Assembly (NCBI GenBank): GCA_032128875.1
Contig: JAVLKG010000001.1
Location: 1,090,443-1,154,442 of the forward strand
DNA from: Candidatus Melainabacteria bacterium 17Bon1m
GTDB lineage: Bacteria > Cyanobacteriota > Vampirovibrionia > Obscuribacterales > Obscuribacteraceae
Length of the DNA: 64,000 nucleotides
Direction of reading: 5' to 3'
Part shown: piece by piece, positions 1 to 10,101 of the stretch
Numbering within the stretch: position 1 is the stretch's first letter
Layout: each line of letters starts with the position of its first letter
Notes under the pieces: model-generated
The model's input: the letters and a program-made list of their open reading frames with translations, nothing else
Told to the model about the DNA's origin: nothing
Databases searched by the model: none
Position numbers and translations under genes: made by a program

Positions 1-41
1 AAGCCGCCGTTACAATTAAACCTGGGGAGAGACGACGCCGA

Positions 42-962
42 ATGCTGGCACTGCTAATTAAGAGAATGTTGACTGCCATACCGGTACTGCTGGTAGTGGC
101 GACGCTAACTTTTTTTCTTATGCGTCTGGTGCCGGGCGGACCTTTTGACGCTGACAAAAACCTGCCACCAGCCATCGTTGCCAACTTGAATGCGAAGTAT
201 CAATTGGACAAACCGGTTGCTCAACAGTACGTTACTTATCTCTCCAGAGTTGTGCGAGGCGATCTAGGTATTAGCTACAAGTATCTAAATAGAACGGTTC
301 GCGACATTCTCGGTGAAGCGATGCCTGTTTCTATCCAGCTTGGTTTCACAGCCCTTGTCCTTGCTGTTCTCATCGGTGTACCTCTAGGCACAATCGCTGC
401 CGTCAACCGTGGATCATGGATAGACGTAACAGCCATGTTTCTTTCCACCGCGGGTATTTCTGTTCCGGGCTTTGTCATCGGTGCATTTTTGATCTTCATC
501 TTCGGTGTTTGGTTGAAAGTCTTGCCCGTTGCGCTTTGGGAAACACCCTGGCACATGGTCTTGCCCTCATTGACTTTGGCCTTCTCCCCGGCAGCATACC
601 TGGCGCGTTTGACGAGGGCTAGCGTACTTGAAGTTCTGGAAAAAGACTGGGTGCGAACAGCAAGATCGAAAGGACTTTCACGTTGGGCGACGGTGATGAA
701 ACATACTTTGCGCAATGCTTTGGTTCCTGTTGTAACGGTACTTGGTCCTCTGACCGCGATATTGATCACTGGTTCGTTCGTTGTCGAATATCTGTATGCA
801 ATCCCTGGCATGGGGCGCTTCTTCGTGACGGCGGTTACCAACCGCGACTACGATTTGATTATGGGAACAACTCTGGTTTTTGCAGCGCTTCTGATTGTCA
901 CTAATGCGATTGTCGATGTCGCTTATCAAATTCTTGATCCACGCATGAAGGTGGAGGGATAA
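42..962 (+). CDS. oppB: Oligopeptide ABC transporter permease OppB
   Basis: N-terminal 'FFLMRLVPGGPFD', 'GDLGISY' and EAA-like 'WVRTARSKGLS...KHTLRNAL' motifs; multiple TM helices. Confidence 0.93.
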   Translation: MLALLIKRMLTAIPVLLVVATLTFFLMRLVPGGPFDADKNLPPAIVANLNAKYQLDKPVAQQYVTYLSRVVRGDLGISYKYLNRTVRDILGEAMPVSIQLGFTALVLAVLIGVPLGTIAAVNRGSWIDVTAMFLSTAGISVPGFVIGAFLIFIFGVWLKVLPVALWETPWHMVLPSLTLAFSPAAYLARLTRASVLEVLEKDWVRTARSKGLSRWATVMKHTLRNALVPVVTVLGPLTAILITGSFVVEYLYAIPGMGRFFVTAVTNRDYDLIMGTTLVFAALLIVTNAIVDVAYQILDPRMKVEG

Positions 963-1862
963 ATGACGGCATCTCTGAATGCACCTGCGCCCGAACCTGT
1001 AAAAGCCGTCTCCCGTGTGGAGTTAGCATTCACCCGTTTAAAGAAAATCCCCAGTGCTTACATTGCATTTTGGGTCGTCTGTCTCATTTGTCTGTTGGCG
1101 ATTTTGTCAGCTTTTGGTGTTCCACTTTCACCTTATTCGTTCGATCAAGCTACCGATGATTTGCTAGTCGCTCCGTCGCTAAAACACATCATGGGCACCG
1201 ATGAATTGGGGCGCGACCTCTTCGCCAGAGTCATCTACGGTTCTCGACTTTCCATTGCAATTGGTTTTGTGACGGCGGGAGTCGCATTTATTTTGGGAAC
1301 CACATATGGTGCTATCTCAGGCTACTGTGGAGGCAAGGTCGACACGCTCTTGATGCGTGGCGTTGACATTGCATATTCACTGCCTGACTTGCTTGTAATG
1401 ATTTTGGTAGGTGTTCTAGTCGGCAAAGGAACCTTCGGAATTCTCTTTGCGCTTGGACTCGTAAGTTGGATGGGCACTGCTCGTCTGGTACGCGCGCAAC
1501 TGCTTCAGCTTAAGGAGGAAGAATTTGTCGAAGCCGCAAGAGCCGCTGGGCAAGATGGTTTTTCCATAGTTATGAAACATTTGCTGCCCAACGCAATGGG
1601 GCCGATTATCGTCGCTCTCACCTTTACAGTTCCTTCTGCCATTTTGTCCGAGTCCACCTTGAGTTTCATAGGTTTGGGTTTGTCGGCACCCGAATGTAGT
1701 TGGGGAACTCTTGCCAGTGACGGCTGGCGCTCGCTGCGCTCTTATCCGCATCTTCTCGGCTTCCCAAGTTTGTTCATCTTTCTCACGGTTCTATCTTTTA
1801 ACTGCCTGGGCGACGGACTGCGTGATGTTCTCGATCCCCGCACAAGACTGTTCAAAGGCTAA
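963..1862 (+). CDS. oppC: Oligopeptide ABC transporter permease OppC
   Basis: 'HIMGTDELGRDLFARVIYGSRLS', 'EFVEAARAAG', 'LGDGLRDVLDP'; ATG directly follows the oppB TAA. Confidence 0.93.
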   Translation: MTASLNAPAPEPVKAVSRVELAFTRLKKIPSAYIAFWVVCLICLLAILSAFGVPLSPYSFDQATDDLLVAPSLKHIMGTDELGRDLFARVIYGSRLSIAIGFVTAGVAFILGTTYGAISGYCGGKVDTLLMRGVDIAYSLPDLLVMILVGVLVGKGTFGILFALGLVSWMGTARLVRAQLLQLKEEEFVEAARAAGQDGFSIVMKHLLPNAMGPIIVALTFTVPSAILSESTLSFIGLGLSAPECSWGTLASDGWRSLRSYPHLLGFPSLFIFLTVLSFNCLGDGLRDVLDPRTRLFKG

Positions 1863-1987
1863 ATATGGTGGGCTTCGCAAGTGCGAAGAGAGATGACTTG
1901 TTGAGGGAGTGGATTCCTAACTCAACATGCCGTATTGCAGCGGGGGCGCGGCTCCGGGGTGAAACTAAGGACAATGGCTAATAATTT

Positions 1988-2014
1988 GGTTTTTCAGCCA
2001 TAAATAAAGGGTAC
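1988..2014 (+). promoter_or_regulatory. Candidate SigB/SigF-type promoter (GGTTT-N16-GGGTAC)
   Basis: GGTTT at 1988-1992 and GGGTAC at 2009-2014, about 44 nt upstream of ATG 2058; matches the general SigB/SigF-family promoter pattern. Confidence 0.45.
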
Positions 2015-2057
2015 ATGGAATAACGTGAGTGTGGATTCAGGGGAGGGTGTGCTCGAA

Positions 2058-2906
2058 ATGACGCGCCACGGCAGACTGCCGAGAATTTTTAGCCGAGCAG
2101 CTTTATTGACTTTGGCTCTGGTACTGCCTTTTATAGCGTCCGTTGCACCGGCGCAGGCTGATGACAAGGGTTGGGTCCTGACCCAGAAGAGTCTGATGAT
2201 GGGCGACATGTATTTATATGTCAGTCCCTCGGGCTTCAAGTTCGTCAATCCCAAAGCTGGAGTCAACTTCGTCACCCGTTCTCCGAACTGGGACGTGATT
2301 ATGTTCAACGACCGCACCAAAGTCTGCTATTCGGCAACCCTGGACACTTTTAAAAAACAGGTCACAGCAAATCTGCCCCAGCGCCGATCGGAGCTGGGCG
2401 CTGCCAATTGGCAAAAAGGCTCCGTGTCCAATATCGCAAATCTAAGAGCCACTCAGTATGTGATGTCGGACGCTGCAGGCGTGCAAGCGCGAGTCGCTGC
2501 CAGAAAGGGCCAGCGCGTGCAGCAGCATCTCAAGGGGGCAGATTATTGGGTGTGCGAGGAGATTCAAGTACCTCCACAGTTGGCTGATTTGATTTCCAGC
2601 ATGTACGGGTTGCCTAATACATTGAATGTGCCGCTCCGGTTGAGCGTCACGACCGCCGAGCAGGGCACCAAAATGCAACTTGATACTTATCGCTCTCAAG
2701 CGTGTCCAATTCCGATATCTTATTATTCGATGCCTAGCGGCTATCGTCCGGTGAAGAGCAGCGTTGAAGTGATGGCTGACGAGGATACCAAGCAAATTAT
2801 TGATGATATGGCTAAAGACCTCAGCAATGAAGGCGGAGGGAATAACAACAAGCCGATTACGAATGAAGACCTGGACCGCTTCCTGAATAAGTTCAAGAAG
2901 CGCTAA
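2058..2906 (+). CDS. Secreted/periplasmic hypothetical protein
   Basis: GGGAGG RBS before ATG 2058; signal peptide 'RAALLTLALVLPFIASVAPAQA'; beta-rich mature part; ORF track starts at GTG 2025. Confidence 0.75.
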   Translation: MTRHGRLPRIFSRAALLTLALVLPFIASVAPAQADDKGWVLTQKSLMMGDMYLYVSPSGFKFVNPKAGVNFVTRSPNWDVIMFNDRTKVCYSATLDTFKKQVTANLPQRRSELGAANWQKGSVSNIANLRATQYVMSDAAGVQARVAARKGQRVQQHLKGADYWVCEEIQVPPQLADLISSMYGLPNTLNVPLRLSVTTAEQGTKMQLDTYRSQACPIPISYYSMPSGYRPVKSSVEVMADEDTKQIIDDMAKDLSNEGGGNNNKPITNEDLDRFLNKFKKR

Positions 2907-2921
2907 ACGAGGAGAAATTTT

Positions 2922-5174
2922 CTGAACCTGCAGCGAGTAAATCTCAAGCTTTCTCACAAGGGACTGATTCTGGTTTCGGTACCTCTGCTGTTTGAGTTGA
3001 TCTTCTTGCTCACTCTGACAATGCTCTTGAGGCAGGCGGAAATTGAGGTTCAGCGCCAGATTCGTTCGAAGGCGATCATCTCCCAGGCTAACACTCTCTC
3101 GAAACTTTTCTACGACGCCGGTGTGGCGATGGGTGGATATTCAATCACCAAATCGCCATTGTTCAGCGACCGCTATGACAAGATTGTGCGCCAGATTCCG
3201 CAGGATCTTAACGAACTGAAGAGCTTGGTTGGCGACAATCCCAGACAGCAAAAGATTCTGGAAAACCTTGCCGATATCACGGTTACCGGTTTGAAAATCC
3301 TTGGTGAAGCAAAAGCGGCGATTGACGACAACCGCGTCGACGTAGCGCAATTCCGCGCCCGGCATATGTACAAGGAAATCCGTTCGCTGGCTGACCGACT
3401 GCAAGACGAATTGCGCGGATTGACCGAAGACGAACGGAAAATAGAAAGTGAATCGCCCGAAGTTCAAAACAGAAACAGAGCAACAGTAAAGTTATTCCTT
3501 GTAGTCGGCGTAGTCTTCAACATCTTGCTGGCAGTAGCCCTTGCCCTTTTCTTCAGCCGCGGGATCGGCCGCCGTTTGAATGTTCTTACAGACAACTCAA
3601 TTCGCTTGGCTCGTGGCGAACCGCTCAATCCGCCGCTTACAGGCGGCGATGAAATCGCTCACTTGGATGGTGTGTTCCACAGCATGGCCGACGCGCTCAC
3701 TGAAGCATCGCGTAAAGAGCGCGCCGTTATCGAAAATTCCGCCGACGTAATCTGCTCGATTGACATCGACGGCAAATTCGTAGCCGTCAGCCCTGCATCT
3801 ATGACGATGTTCGGCTTCTCGCCAGACGAGCTGATGGGCAAGCGTTTTATCGATTTGATTATCCCTGAGGACGTACAAGAAACCATCAAAGCTGTTCGCG
3901 CCATCCGCGCAGAGCAAGCAACGATGAATTTCGAAAACCGTATCAAACGGAAGGATTCGTCGACAGTTACGGTGTTGTGGTCAGCTTACTGGTCGGAATC
4001 AGAGCGTTCGATGTTCTGCGTCGCGCACGACATCACAGAGCGGAAATTGGCTGAAGAAGCCACAAAAGCCTCTGAAAAGAGAATCAGAACAATCATCGAA
4101 AACATGCTTGTCGGTTTGATTATCATCAGTCCGGATGGCATCATCGAATCTGTAAACCCGCGCACAGAGCAAATCTTTGGTTTTACATCCAGCCAGATGG
4201 TCGGTCGACATTTGATGTCGCTGTTCACAGAAGCAAGGCTTTATTCGATGAACAGCCGCGAGGATCTGCAGAAGTTTATGGACAATATGTTCCATAAAGC
4301 GCTTAACAGAGTAGGTGAATTCGACGCGTTAAAACAGACGGGAGAAGACTTCCCGATCGAGCTTTCGCTCTCTGAGTTCAACATGGCAGATGGTCGTTTT
4401 TACTTGGCGAACATTCTCGACGTTTCTGAAAGACGAGAAGTAGAGCGCTTGAAGAAAGAATTCGTATCTACAGTTTCTCACGAACTGCGTACTCCGCTCA
4501 CATCCATCCGTGGTTCTCTCACCCTCCTCAACGTTGGCGCGTTGGGCGCTTTGCCCGATCAAGCCATGAAGGTAGTGAACATTGCGGAAAGAAACACGAT
4601 TCGTTTGATCGGCCTTATCAACGACATTCTCGATATCGAAAAACTCGAATCCGGAAAAATGGACATGGTCTTCCAGGATGTTGAACTCAACTCGGTTCTT
4701 GATCGTTCGTACGAATCGGTGAAGACTTTCGCCGACAACAATGGCGTTGTCCTTGAAATGGTTCCTTCCACCATTCGTGTAAACGCAGACGGAGACCGAC
4801 TTGTACAGGTTATCGTCAACTTGATGTCCAACGCCTGCAAATTCTCACCCAAGGGTGCGACCGTCACAGTGCGGGTGGATGAGATTCCAAACTGGATCGA
4901 AGTGAAGGTAATCGACCGTGGACGTGGTATCCCGGCGAAATTCAAAAACCTTCTTTTCCAGCGATTCCAACAGGTCGAAGCCTCTGACGCCAAGCGAAAA
5001 GGTGGTACCGGTCTCGGTCTTGCCATTTGCAAAGGTATCATCGAGGCACACGGCGGCACAATCGGTGTAGATTCAGAAGAAGGCAAAGGCTCCGTTTTCT
5101 GGTTCCGCATTCCGCCCGCTCAAGCAGGGTCCAAAGTCGTTGTCCCGGGCGAGAAGGAAAAGATGGTTTCGTAG
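2922..5174 (+). CDS. Membrane sensor histidine kinase (TM-extracellular sensor-TM-HAMP-PAS-PAS-HisKA-HATPase)
   Basis: H-box 'VSHELRTPLTSI', N-box 'NLMSNACKFS', G-boxes 'DRGRGI' and 'GGTGLGLAI'; two PAS/PAC units. Start inferred at CTG 2922 (ORF track gives TTG 2997). Confidence 0.93.
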   Translation: MNLQRVNLKLSHKGLILVSVPLLFELIFLLTLTMLLRQAEIEVQRQIRSKAIISQANTLSKLFYDAGVAMGGYSITKSPLFSDRYDKIVRQIPQDLNELKSLVGDNPRQQKILENLADITVTGLKILGEAKAAIDDNRVDVAQFRARHMYKEIRSLADRLQDELRGLTEDERKIESESPEVQNRNRATVKLFLVVGVVFNILLAVALALFFSRGIGRRLNVLTDNSIRLARGEPLNPPLTGGDEIAHLDGVFHSMADALTEASRKERAVIENSADVICSIDIDGKFVAVSPASMTMFGFSPDELMGKRFIDLIIPEDVQETIKAVRAIRAEQATMNFENRIKRKDSSTVTVLWSAYWSESERSMFCVAHDITERKLAEEATKASEKRIRTIIENMLVGLIIISPDGIIESVNPRTEQIFGFTSSQMVGRHLMSLFTEARLYSMNSREDLQKFMDNMFHKALNRVGEFDALKQTGEDFPIELSLSEFNMADGRFYLANILDVSERREVERLKKEFVSTVSHELRTPLTSIRGSLTLLNVGALGALPDQAMKVVNIAERNTIRLIGLINDILDIEKLESGKMDMVFQDVELNSVLDRSYESVKTFADNNGVVLEMVPSTIRVNADGDRLVQVIVNLMSNACKFSPKGATVTVRVDEIPNWIEVKVIDRGRGIPAKFKNLLFQRFQQVEASDAKRKGGTGLGLAICKGIIEAHGGTIGVDSEEGKGSVFWFRIPPAQAGSKVVVPGEKEKMVS

Positions 5175-5381
5175 AAGCAGGGCTGCGCCAGGGCAGCAGG
5201 TCGCTTTTGAAAGAGCCGGCGAACCGTATGACTTGTCTGCGTTTCCTGAATCTGCATTCTTAAGGACAAAGAGCTCCAAAACCCCGAATCTGTGGGGAAT
5301 TATGGCGCTCAAAGTTTTTTGTTAGATCTGCAAAACCGGGTATATGAAAATTGTAGGCACGCGAGCGGGGCTGATATCAGC

Positions 5382-5747
5382 ATGAAAGTTCTCATCATCG
5401 ATGACGAGGAAGACACACGCAGTATTGCCGCCATGAGCTTGAACATTCTCGGCGGACTTGATGTTGTGGAAGCGGAAAATGGCAAGGTTGGCGTCGAAAA
5501 GGCGGCAGCAGAGCAGCCTGACTGCATTTTGCTTGATTGCATGATGCCTGTGATGGATGGCGAAAGCACGCTTGCAGAGCTGCTCACCAACGAGCATACC
5601 AAAGGCATTCCGGTGATATTCCTCACCGCGAAAGCTATGACCAGTGAGATTGAGCGCCTAAAACGCTTGGGAGCAATCGGAGTTCTGACTAAGCCGTTTG
5701 ACCCTACAGCGCTGGCAGGGCAAGTAAAAGCGCTACTGGGGAGATAA
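5382..5747 (+). CDS. Single-domain response regulator (receiver)
   Basis: 'MKVLIIDDE', phosphoacceptor 'LLDCMMP', 'FLTAKA', 'TKPF'. Confidence 0.93.
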   Translation: MKVLIIDDEEDTRSIAAMSLNILGGLDVVEAENGKVGVEKAAAEQPDCILLDCMMPVMDGESTLAELLTNEHTKGIPVIFLTAKAMTSEIERLKRLGAIGVLTKPFDPTALAGQVKALLGR

Positions 5748-5756
5748 GCCGGCTAC

Positions 5757-7415
5757 ATGCAAGAGTGGAAAGAGACATTCGGAGAACTGAAAGAGCAGTA
5801 TGTCAGGCGCTCGTCGGAGCGGCTCGGCAAAATTGTCGAGATGGTGAGCCTTCTCATTGAAAACCCCAGCGACATCGAGACCGTCAAACAGTTGACCCGA
5901 CATTTCCACTGGCTGGCGGGGTCCGGCACTATGTACGGCTATCCGGCTGTGTCGATGCTCGGCTCTGAAGGTGAATCTCACTGCGAGCAGGTTATACGAG
6001 GCACCTTGCCTCAAGCCGATGTAGACAGATTGAAAGCCCTTCTTCACGAGCTTTCTTTCCAATTCTCAGAACAGGACGCTCCTCCGGATACGGTGACCTT
6101 GAGCCCCAGCGCACCGCCGGAGCAAAAGCGTACTGAAAACGACATTCTTATTGTGGGCGAAGATCAAACCGATCTGCAAAACATGGCGCGCCTTGTCGAG
6201 GCGGAAGGCTACCCTGTGCGCACAGCGCGCTCGATGTCTACTGCCGTTAACGAAATTCAGGCAGAGCTGCCGATTGGCGTAATCATTGAGATTCCACTGC
6301 CGGACGGCGATTGCTATGAAATGGTTGAGCAGATTCGCTCCATGAATGGCGGCGACGAGCCGGCGATCATTATATTGTCGAAGCGAACCGGCTTCCTCGA
6401 TAAAGTCCGCTCAATTCACTGCGGTGCCGACTCGCACTTTGAAAAGCCTATTGATACAAAGGCAATGTTGCGGCGTCTGCGCTATTTGCTGGATAAGCAC
6501 AAGAAAGAAGTCGTCAAAATTTTGTCCGTGGAAGACGATCCAGATCAAGCCGCCTTCATTCGAGCTTTCTTGGAGTCTGCCGGATATCAGGTTCGTACTG
6601 TCACTGATCCAAAACACTTCGAGTCTGCTTTGTCGCAGTTCCAGCCGGATCTCGTCCTCCTTGATGCGATGTTGCCGGGTGTCACCGGTTATGAGTTGGC
6701 TCGCTTCATCAGGCAAGACGAGCGCTATGCCACGTTGCCGGTTCTGTTCCTGACGACGCAGGGACACCTGGAGGCGCGTATCGAATCTGCCAGAGCCGGC
6801 GGCGACGACCACCTCGTAAAGCCGGTTCCGCCGGCGCTTTTGCTCTCTGCTGTTTCGTCTCGCATCGAACGTTCTCGCTTTCTGAAAACTCTCTTGCACC
6901 GCGATGGTTTGACCAGCATGCTGAATCACTCGGCATTCATGGACCAGGCTCAGCGTGTCATTGCCGAAAGAAAGCGCCGCAACGAACATACAGCACTGAT
7001 TGTTGTGGACGTCGATTATTTCCGGTCGATTAACGAACGCCACGGATACCCAGGCGGAGACAAGGTTCTACAGGCACTTTCGTTGCTCTTGCGCAGGCGT
7101 GTCAGGCAGTCTGACATTCTTGGTCGCATCGGTGGAGATGAGCTAGCTGTCATTGCCGAAGGGCTTGAAGAGACAGAAGCCGTCACTTTGGCGAGCCGAT
7201 TGATCTCTGATTTCCAAGGAATCAGTCACACTACACCATCGCATGTCGGTTTTTATGCCACCTTGAGCGCAGGCGTTTGCATGCTCGATCCGAAAACTAT
7301 GGATCTCGAAGGTTGGATGGGCGAGGCGTACAAAGCGCTCAAGCAGGCTAAAGACTCCGGTCGAAATTGCGCCGTAGCTGCACCAAGCAATCGCAATCAG
7401 CCCGTAAGCAAATAG
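5757..7415 (+). CDS. Hpt-pseudoREC-REC-GGDEF diguanylate cyclase response regulator
   Basis: Hpt 'HWLAGSGTMYG'; REC1 has E at the acceptor position ('IIEIPLPDG'); REC2 'LLDAMLPG'; cyclase 'DVDYFRSINERHG...RQSD...RIGGDEL'. Confidence 0.88.
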   Translation: MQEWKETFGELKEQYVRRSSERLGKIVEMVSLLIENPSDIETVKQLTRHFHWLAGSGTMYGYPAVSMLGSEGESHCEQVIRGTLPQADVDRLKALLHELSFQFSEQDAPPDTVTLSPSAPPEQKRTENDILIVGEDQTDLQNMARLVEAEGYPVRTARSMSTAVNEIQAELPIGVIIEIPLPDGDCYEMVEQIRSMNGGDEPAIIILSKRTGFLDKVRSIHCGADSHFEKPIDTKAMLRRLRYLLDKHKKEVVKILSVEDDPDQAAFIRAFLESAGYQVRTVTDPKHFESALSQFQPDLVLLDAMLPGVTGYELARFIRQDERYATLPVLFLTTQGHLEARIESARAGGDDHLVKPVPPALLLSAVSSRIERSRFLKTLLHRDGLTSMLNHSAFMDQAQRVIAERKRRNEHTALIVVDVDYFRSINERHGYPGGDKVLQALSLLLRRRVRQSDILGRIGGDELAVIAEGLEETEAVTLASRLISDFQGISHTTPSHVGFYATLSAGVCMLDPKTMDLEGWMGEAYKALKQAKDSGRNCAVAAPSNRNQPVSK

Positions 7416-7455
7416 TTTAGTAAAGTTTGCAATGCCGCTTGCAACCAATTGTAGG

Positions 7456-7527
7456 CTTTGCAGTCCTTCCGGTTCTTGCGGTTCTTTTGGTCCTTGCAGT
7501 CTTTTCAGTGTTTTCGTACTTTGCAAT
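7456..7527. repeat. Degenerate 9-bp tandem repeat, 8 units
   Basis: ctttgcagt/ccttccggt/tcttgcggt/tcttttggt/ccttgcagt/cttttcagt/gttttcgta/ctttgcaat in an intergenic region. Confidence 0.65.
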
Positions 7528-7662
7528 TCTTCTTCCGTTTGAGTAAAACATTCTGGTACTAAATACGGTGCTGCATATTTGTGTTTCGGACTTGGGTTAA
7601 ACGTGTGAAACTTCTGACAAAACCTCGTAGAATATTGCTTTCACTGGCGAAGACGGCAAACT

Positions 7663-8769
7663 GTGGCTGACAACGCGGCAAATTCCGTTCATAAGAACGC
7701 AGGCATCTCGATTCTCGGCGCCGGAAGCTGGGGAATGACCCTGGCGTGGCTGCTTGGAAATGCAGGTCATGATGTAATTCTTTATACGCGCAGTCAGGAG
7801 AAGGCGAAGCGTTTGACTGCCGAGCGCACAGTTACCGAGCCTGTGAAAGTCGAATTGCCTGCCTCTCTCAAGGTGACATGTGACCTGGAAGAAGCTGTCA
7901 AAGCCGAGCGGGTAATAATTCTGGCGTGTACGTCTCAGACTGTTCGCGAATTAGCTACCGCTGTGCACCGCGTGCTCGAGGCCTCGCCATCCACGACACC
8001 GCCTGTTGTAGTGAGCGCCGTCAAGGGGTTGGAACTCGAGACTCTTAAGCGAATGTCTGAGGTTATTGCCGAGAGCATTCCGAACGCCAATGTCTGTTCG
8101 CTTTCCGGTCCCAATCTTGCCGACGAGATCTTGATGGGTATGCCTGCCGCGACAGTCGTTGCCTGCGAAGAGGCGGAGGTGGCAGCCTTTGTGCAAAGTG
8201 TTTTGACCTCAAAAAGATTTCGCGTCTATACCAATACTGACATCGTCGGCGTCGAGCTGGGCGGCTCGCTCAAAAACATCATTGCGATTGCCGCCGGTGT
8301 GTCTGACGAATTGCACTTGGGTGCCAATTCGAAAGCTGCACTTTTAACGCGAGGCTTGGCTGAGATGACAAGATTGTCTGTCACTCTGGGCGGGCAAGGC
8401 TCAACGATGGCTGGGCTGGCGGGTATGGGCGACCTCTTTGCCACGTCTGCTGCCGTGACATCGCGCAACTACCGGCTGGGCACTGCCATCGCCAGGGGCG
8501 CTACTGCCAAGGAGGCGGAAGCCTCACTGGGCGTAGTTGCTGAGGGGGTGGCGACGACGTTTGCCGTTTGTGAACTTGCAAAACGGCTCAATCTGGACCT
8601 TCCCATCGCTTCGGCTGTGGAGTCGATGCTCTTAGGTAAAACTACGCCGGAAGGCGCGATAATGACTCTGATGTCCAGACCGCCGGTTTCTGAAGCCAGA
8701 TCTTCCAAAGATAACGAGAAGACTGGTCGCACCGGCGGACAAAGTGTCAACAGCATCATCGGTGGCTAA
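7663..8769 (+). CDS. gpsA: NAD(P)H-dependent glycerol-3-phosphate dehydrogenase
   Basis: 'GAGSWG', 'SGPNLA', 'GVELGGSLKNIIAIAAG', 'GMGDL', 'SRNYRLG'. Confidence 0.95.
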   Translation: MADNAANSVHKNAGISILGAGSWGMTLAWLLGNAGHDVILYTRSQEKAKRLTAERTVTEPVKVELPASLKVTCDLEEAVKAERVIILACTSQTVRELATAVHRVLEASPSTTPPVVVSAVKGLELETLKRMSEVIAESIPNANVCSLSGPNLADEILMGMPAATVVACEEAEVAAFVQSVLTSKRFRVYTNTDIVGVELGGSLKNIIAIAAGVSDELHLGANSKAALLTRGLAEMTRLSVTLGGQGSTMAGLAGMGDLFATSAAVTSRNYRLGTAIARGATAKEAEASLGVVAEGVATTFAVCELAKRLNLDLPIASAVESMLLGKTTPEGAIMTLMSRPPVSEARSSKDNEKTGRTGGQSVNSIIGG

Positions 8770-8787
8770 GGAGAACGAAAGTAATCT

Positions 8788-10038
8788 ATGACTGACAAAC
8801 GCCTGCTCATGCTCTCCTGGGAATACCCGCCGCGCATCATTGGCGGTTTGGCTCGTGTGGTTGAGGCTCTGTCTCGCCAGCTGGCTAATGACAAATGGGA
8901 AGTGCATGTGGTCACCGCGGACCACCCAGGCACTCCCGAACACGAAGTTATGGACGGTGTCCATGTGCACCGCGTGAAAAACCAAACAGACATGACCCCA
9001 GATTTTCTTACCTGGGTGAATCGTTTGAATTTCGGCATGTTGCAGCACGCAATTCAATTGCATCGCAAACATCCGTTTTCAATCGTACACGCACATGACT
9101 GGATGGTTACTGATGCCGCCTGGACGATCAAGTCAGGATGCGGCATTCCGATGGTTGCCACCATGCACGCTACCGAAGCAGGTCGCATGCATGGAATTCA
9201 CAACGATCTCAATCGCTACATTCACCAAATGGAATGGCGTCTCACTTTCGAATCGTGGGAAGTTATCGTCAACAGCCACAGCATGCACGCAGAGCTGCAG
9301 CGCCTCTTTGGCGTTCCTAAAGACAAGATAGTTGTTATTCCGAATGGAACCGATCCGGATACTTTCAATTTCGACTTTGATCCGTATCCGATGCGCAGCC
9401 AATACGCAGGCGAACACGATCAGGTTATTTTGTATGTCGGCAGATTGGTAAATGAAAAGGGTGTGCAAATCCTTTTGGATGCCGCTCCCAAGATTATTTC
9501 CGCCTGTCCCGGGGCGCGCTTCCTGATTGTTGGAACAGGCTATTACATGGATCACTTGAAGAATCAGGCACGTTCTCTCGGTATCGACAATTACGTTCGA
9601 TTCCTTGGTTATGTGGATGATGATTCACTGAAGAAGTTCTTCAAGATCTCGGATGTAGTCTGCATACCAAGTTTATATGAGCCTTTCGGCATTGTTGCGT
9701 TAGAAGGTATGGCAGCAGGCAAACCGGTCGTGACTTCCGACACCGGTGGTTTGACTGACTTTGTAGAGCACGGTGTAACCGGCCTGACCACCTACACCGG
9801 TGACTCCAACAGCCTCGCCTGGGGGATCATGGAGGTGCTTCGAAACCCTGAGTTGGCCCAGCGAATGGCGAAGGACGCATATGAGAAAGTTCAGCATATC
9901 TACAACTGGAAGGTGATTGCAAAACGCACTGAAGAGTTGTACGACAAAGTCATAGCTGAGGCCGCAGAAATTGGAACCGAGGGAGTTTCGTCCCGTCCGA
10001 AGGTTCCAGTGAGCGCTAGCAAACCGGCTGTTTCTTAG
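8788..10038 (+). CDS. Glycosyltransferase family 4 (GT-B, glycogen-synthase-like)
   Basis: 'SWEYPPRIIGGL', 'HAHDW', 'GRLVNEKG', 'PSLYEPFGIVALEGMA'. Confidence 0.92.
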   Translation: MTDKRLLMLSWEYPPRIIGGLARVVEALSRQLANDKWEVHVVTADHPGTPEHEVMDGVHVHRVKNQTDMTPDFLTWVNRLNFGMLQHAIQLHRKHPFSIVHAHDWMVTDAAWTIKSGCGIPMVATMHATEAGRMHGIHNDLNRYIHQMEWRLTFESWEVIVNSHSMHAELQRLFGVPKDKIVVIPNGTDPDTFNFDFDPYPMRSQYAGEHDQVILYVGRLVNEKGVQILLDAAPKIISACPGARFLIVGTGYYMDHLKNQARSLGIDNYVRFLGYVDDDSLKKFFKISDVVCIPSLYEPFGIVALEGMAAGKPVVTSDTGGLTDFVEHGVTGLTTYTGDSNSLAWGIMEVLRNPELAQRMAKDAYEKVQHIYNWKVIAKRTEELYDKVIAEAAEIGTEGVSSRPKVPVSASKPAVS

Positions 10039-10101
10039 TGGCTTGCAATTGTTTTTGATTTGAAAAATGTCCCTTAGTTGAAAGATATGGAGGTCACAAA
10101 G

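Noticed and set aside
2904-2921. Stop-codon readthrough fusing the secreted protein to the kinase
   Set aside because: The genes are in frame, but the stop is TAA and a good RBS with CTG explains independent initiation.
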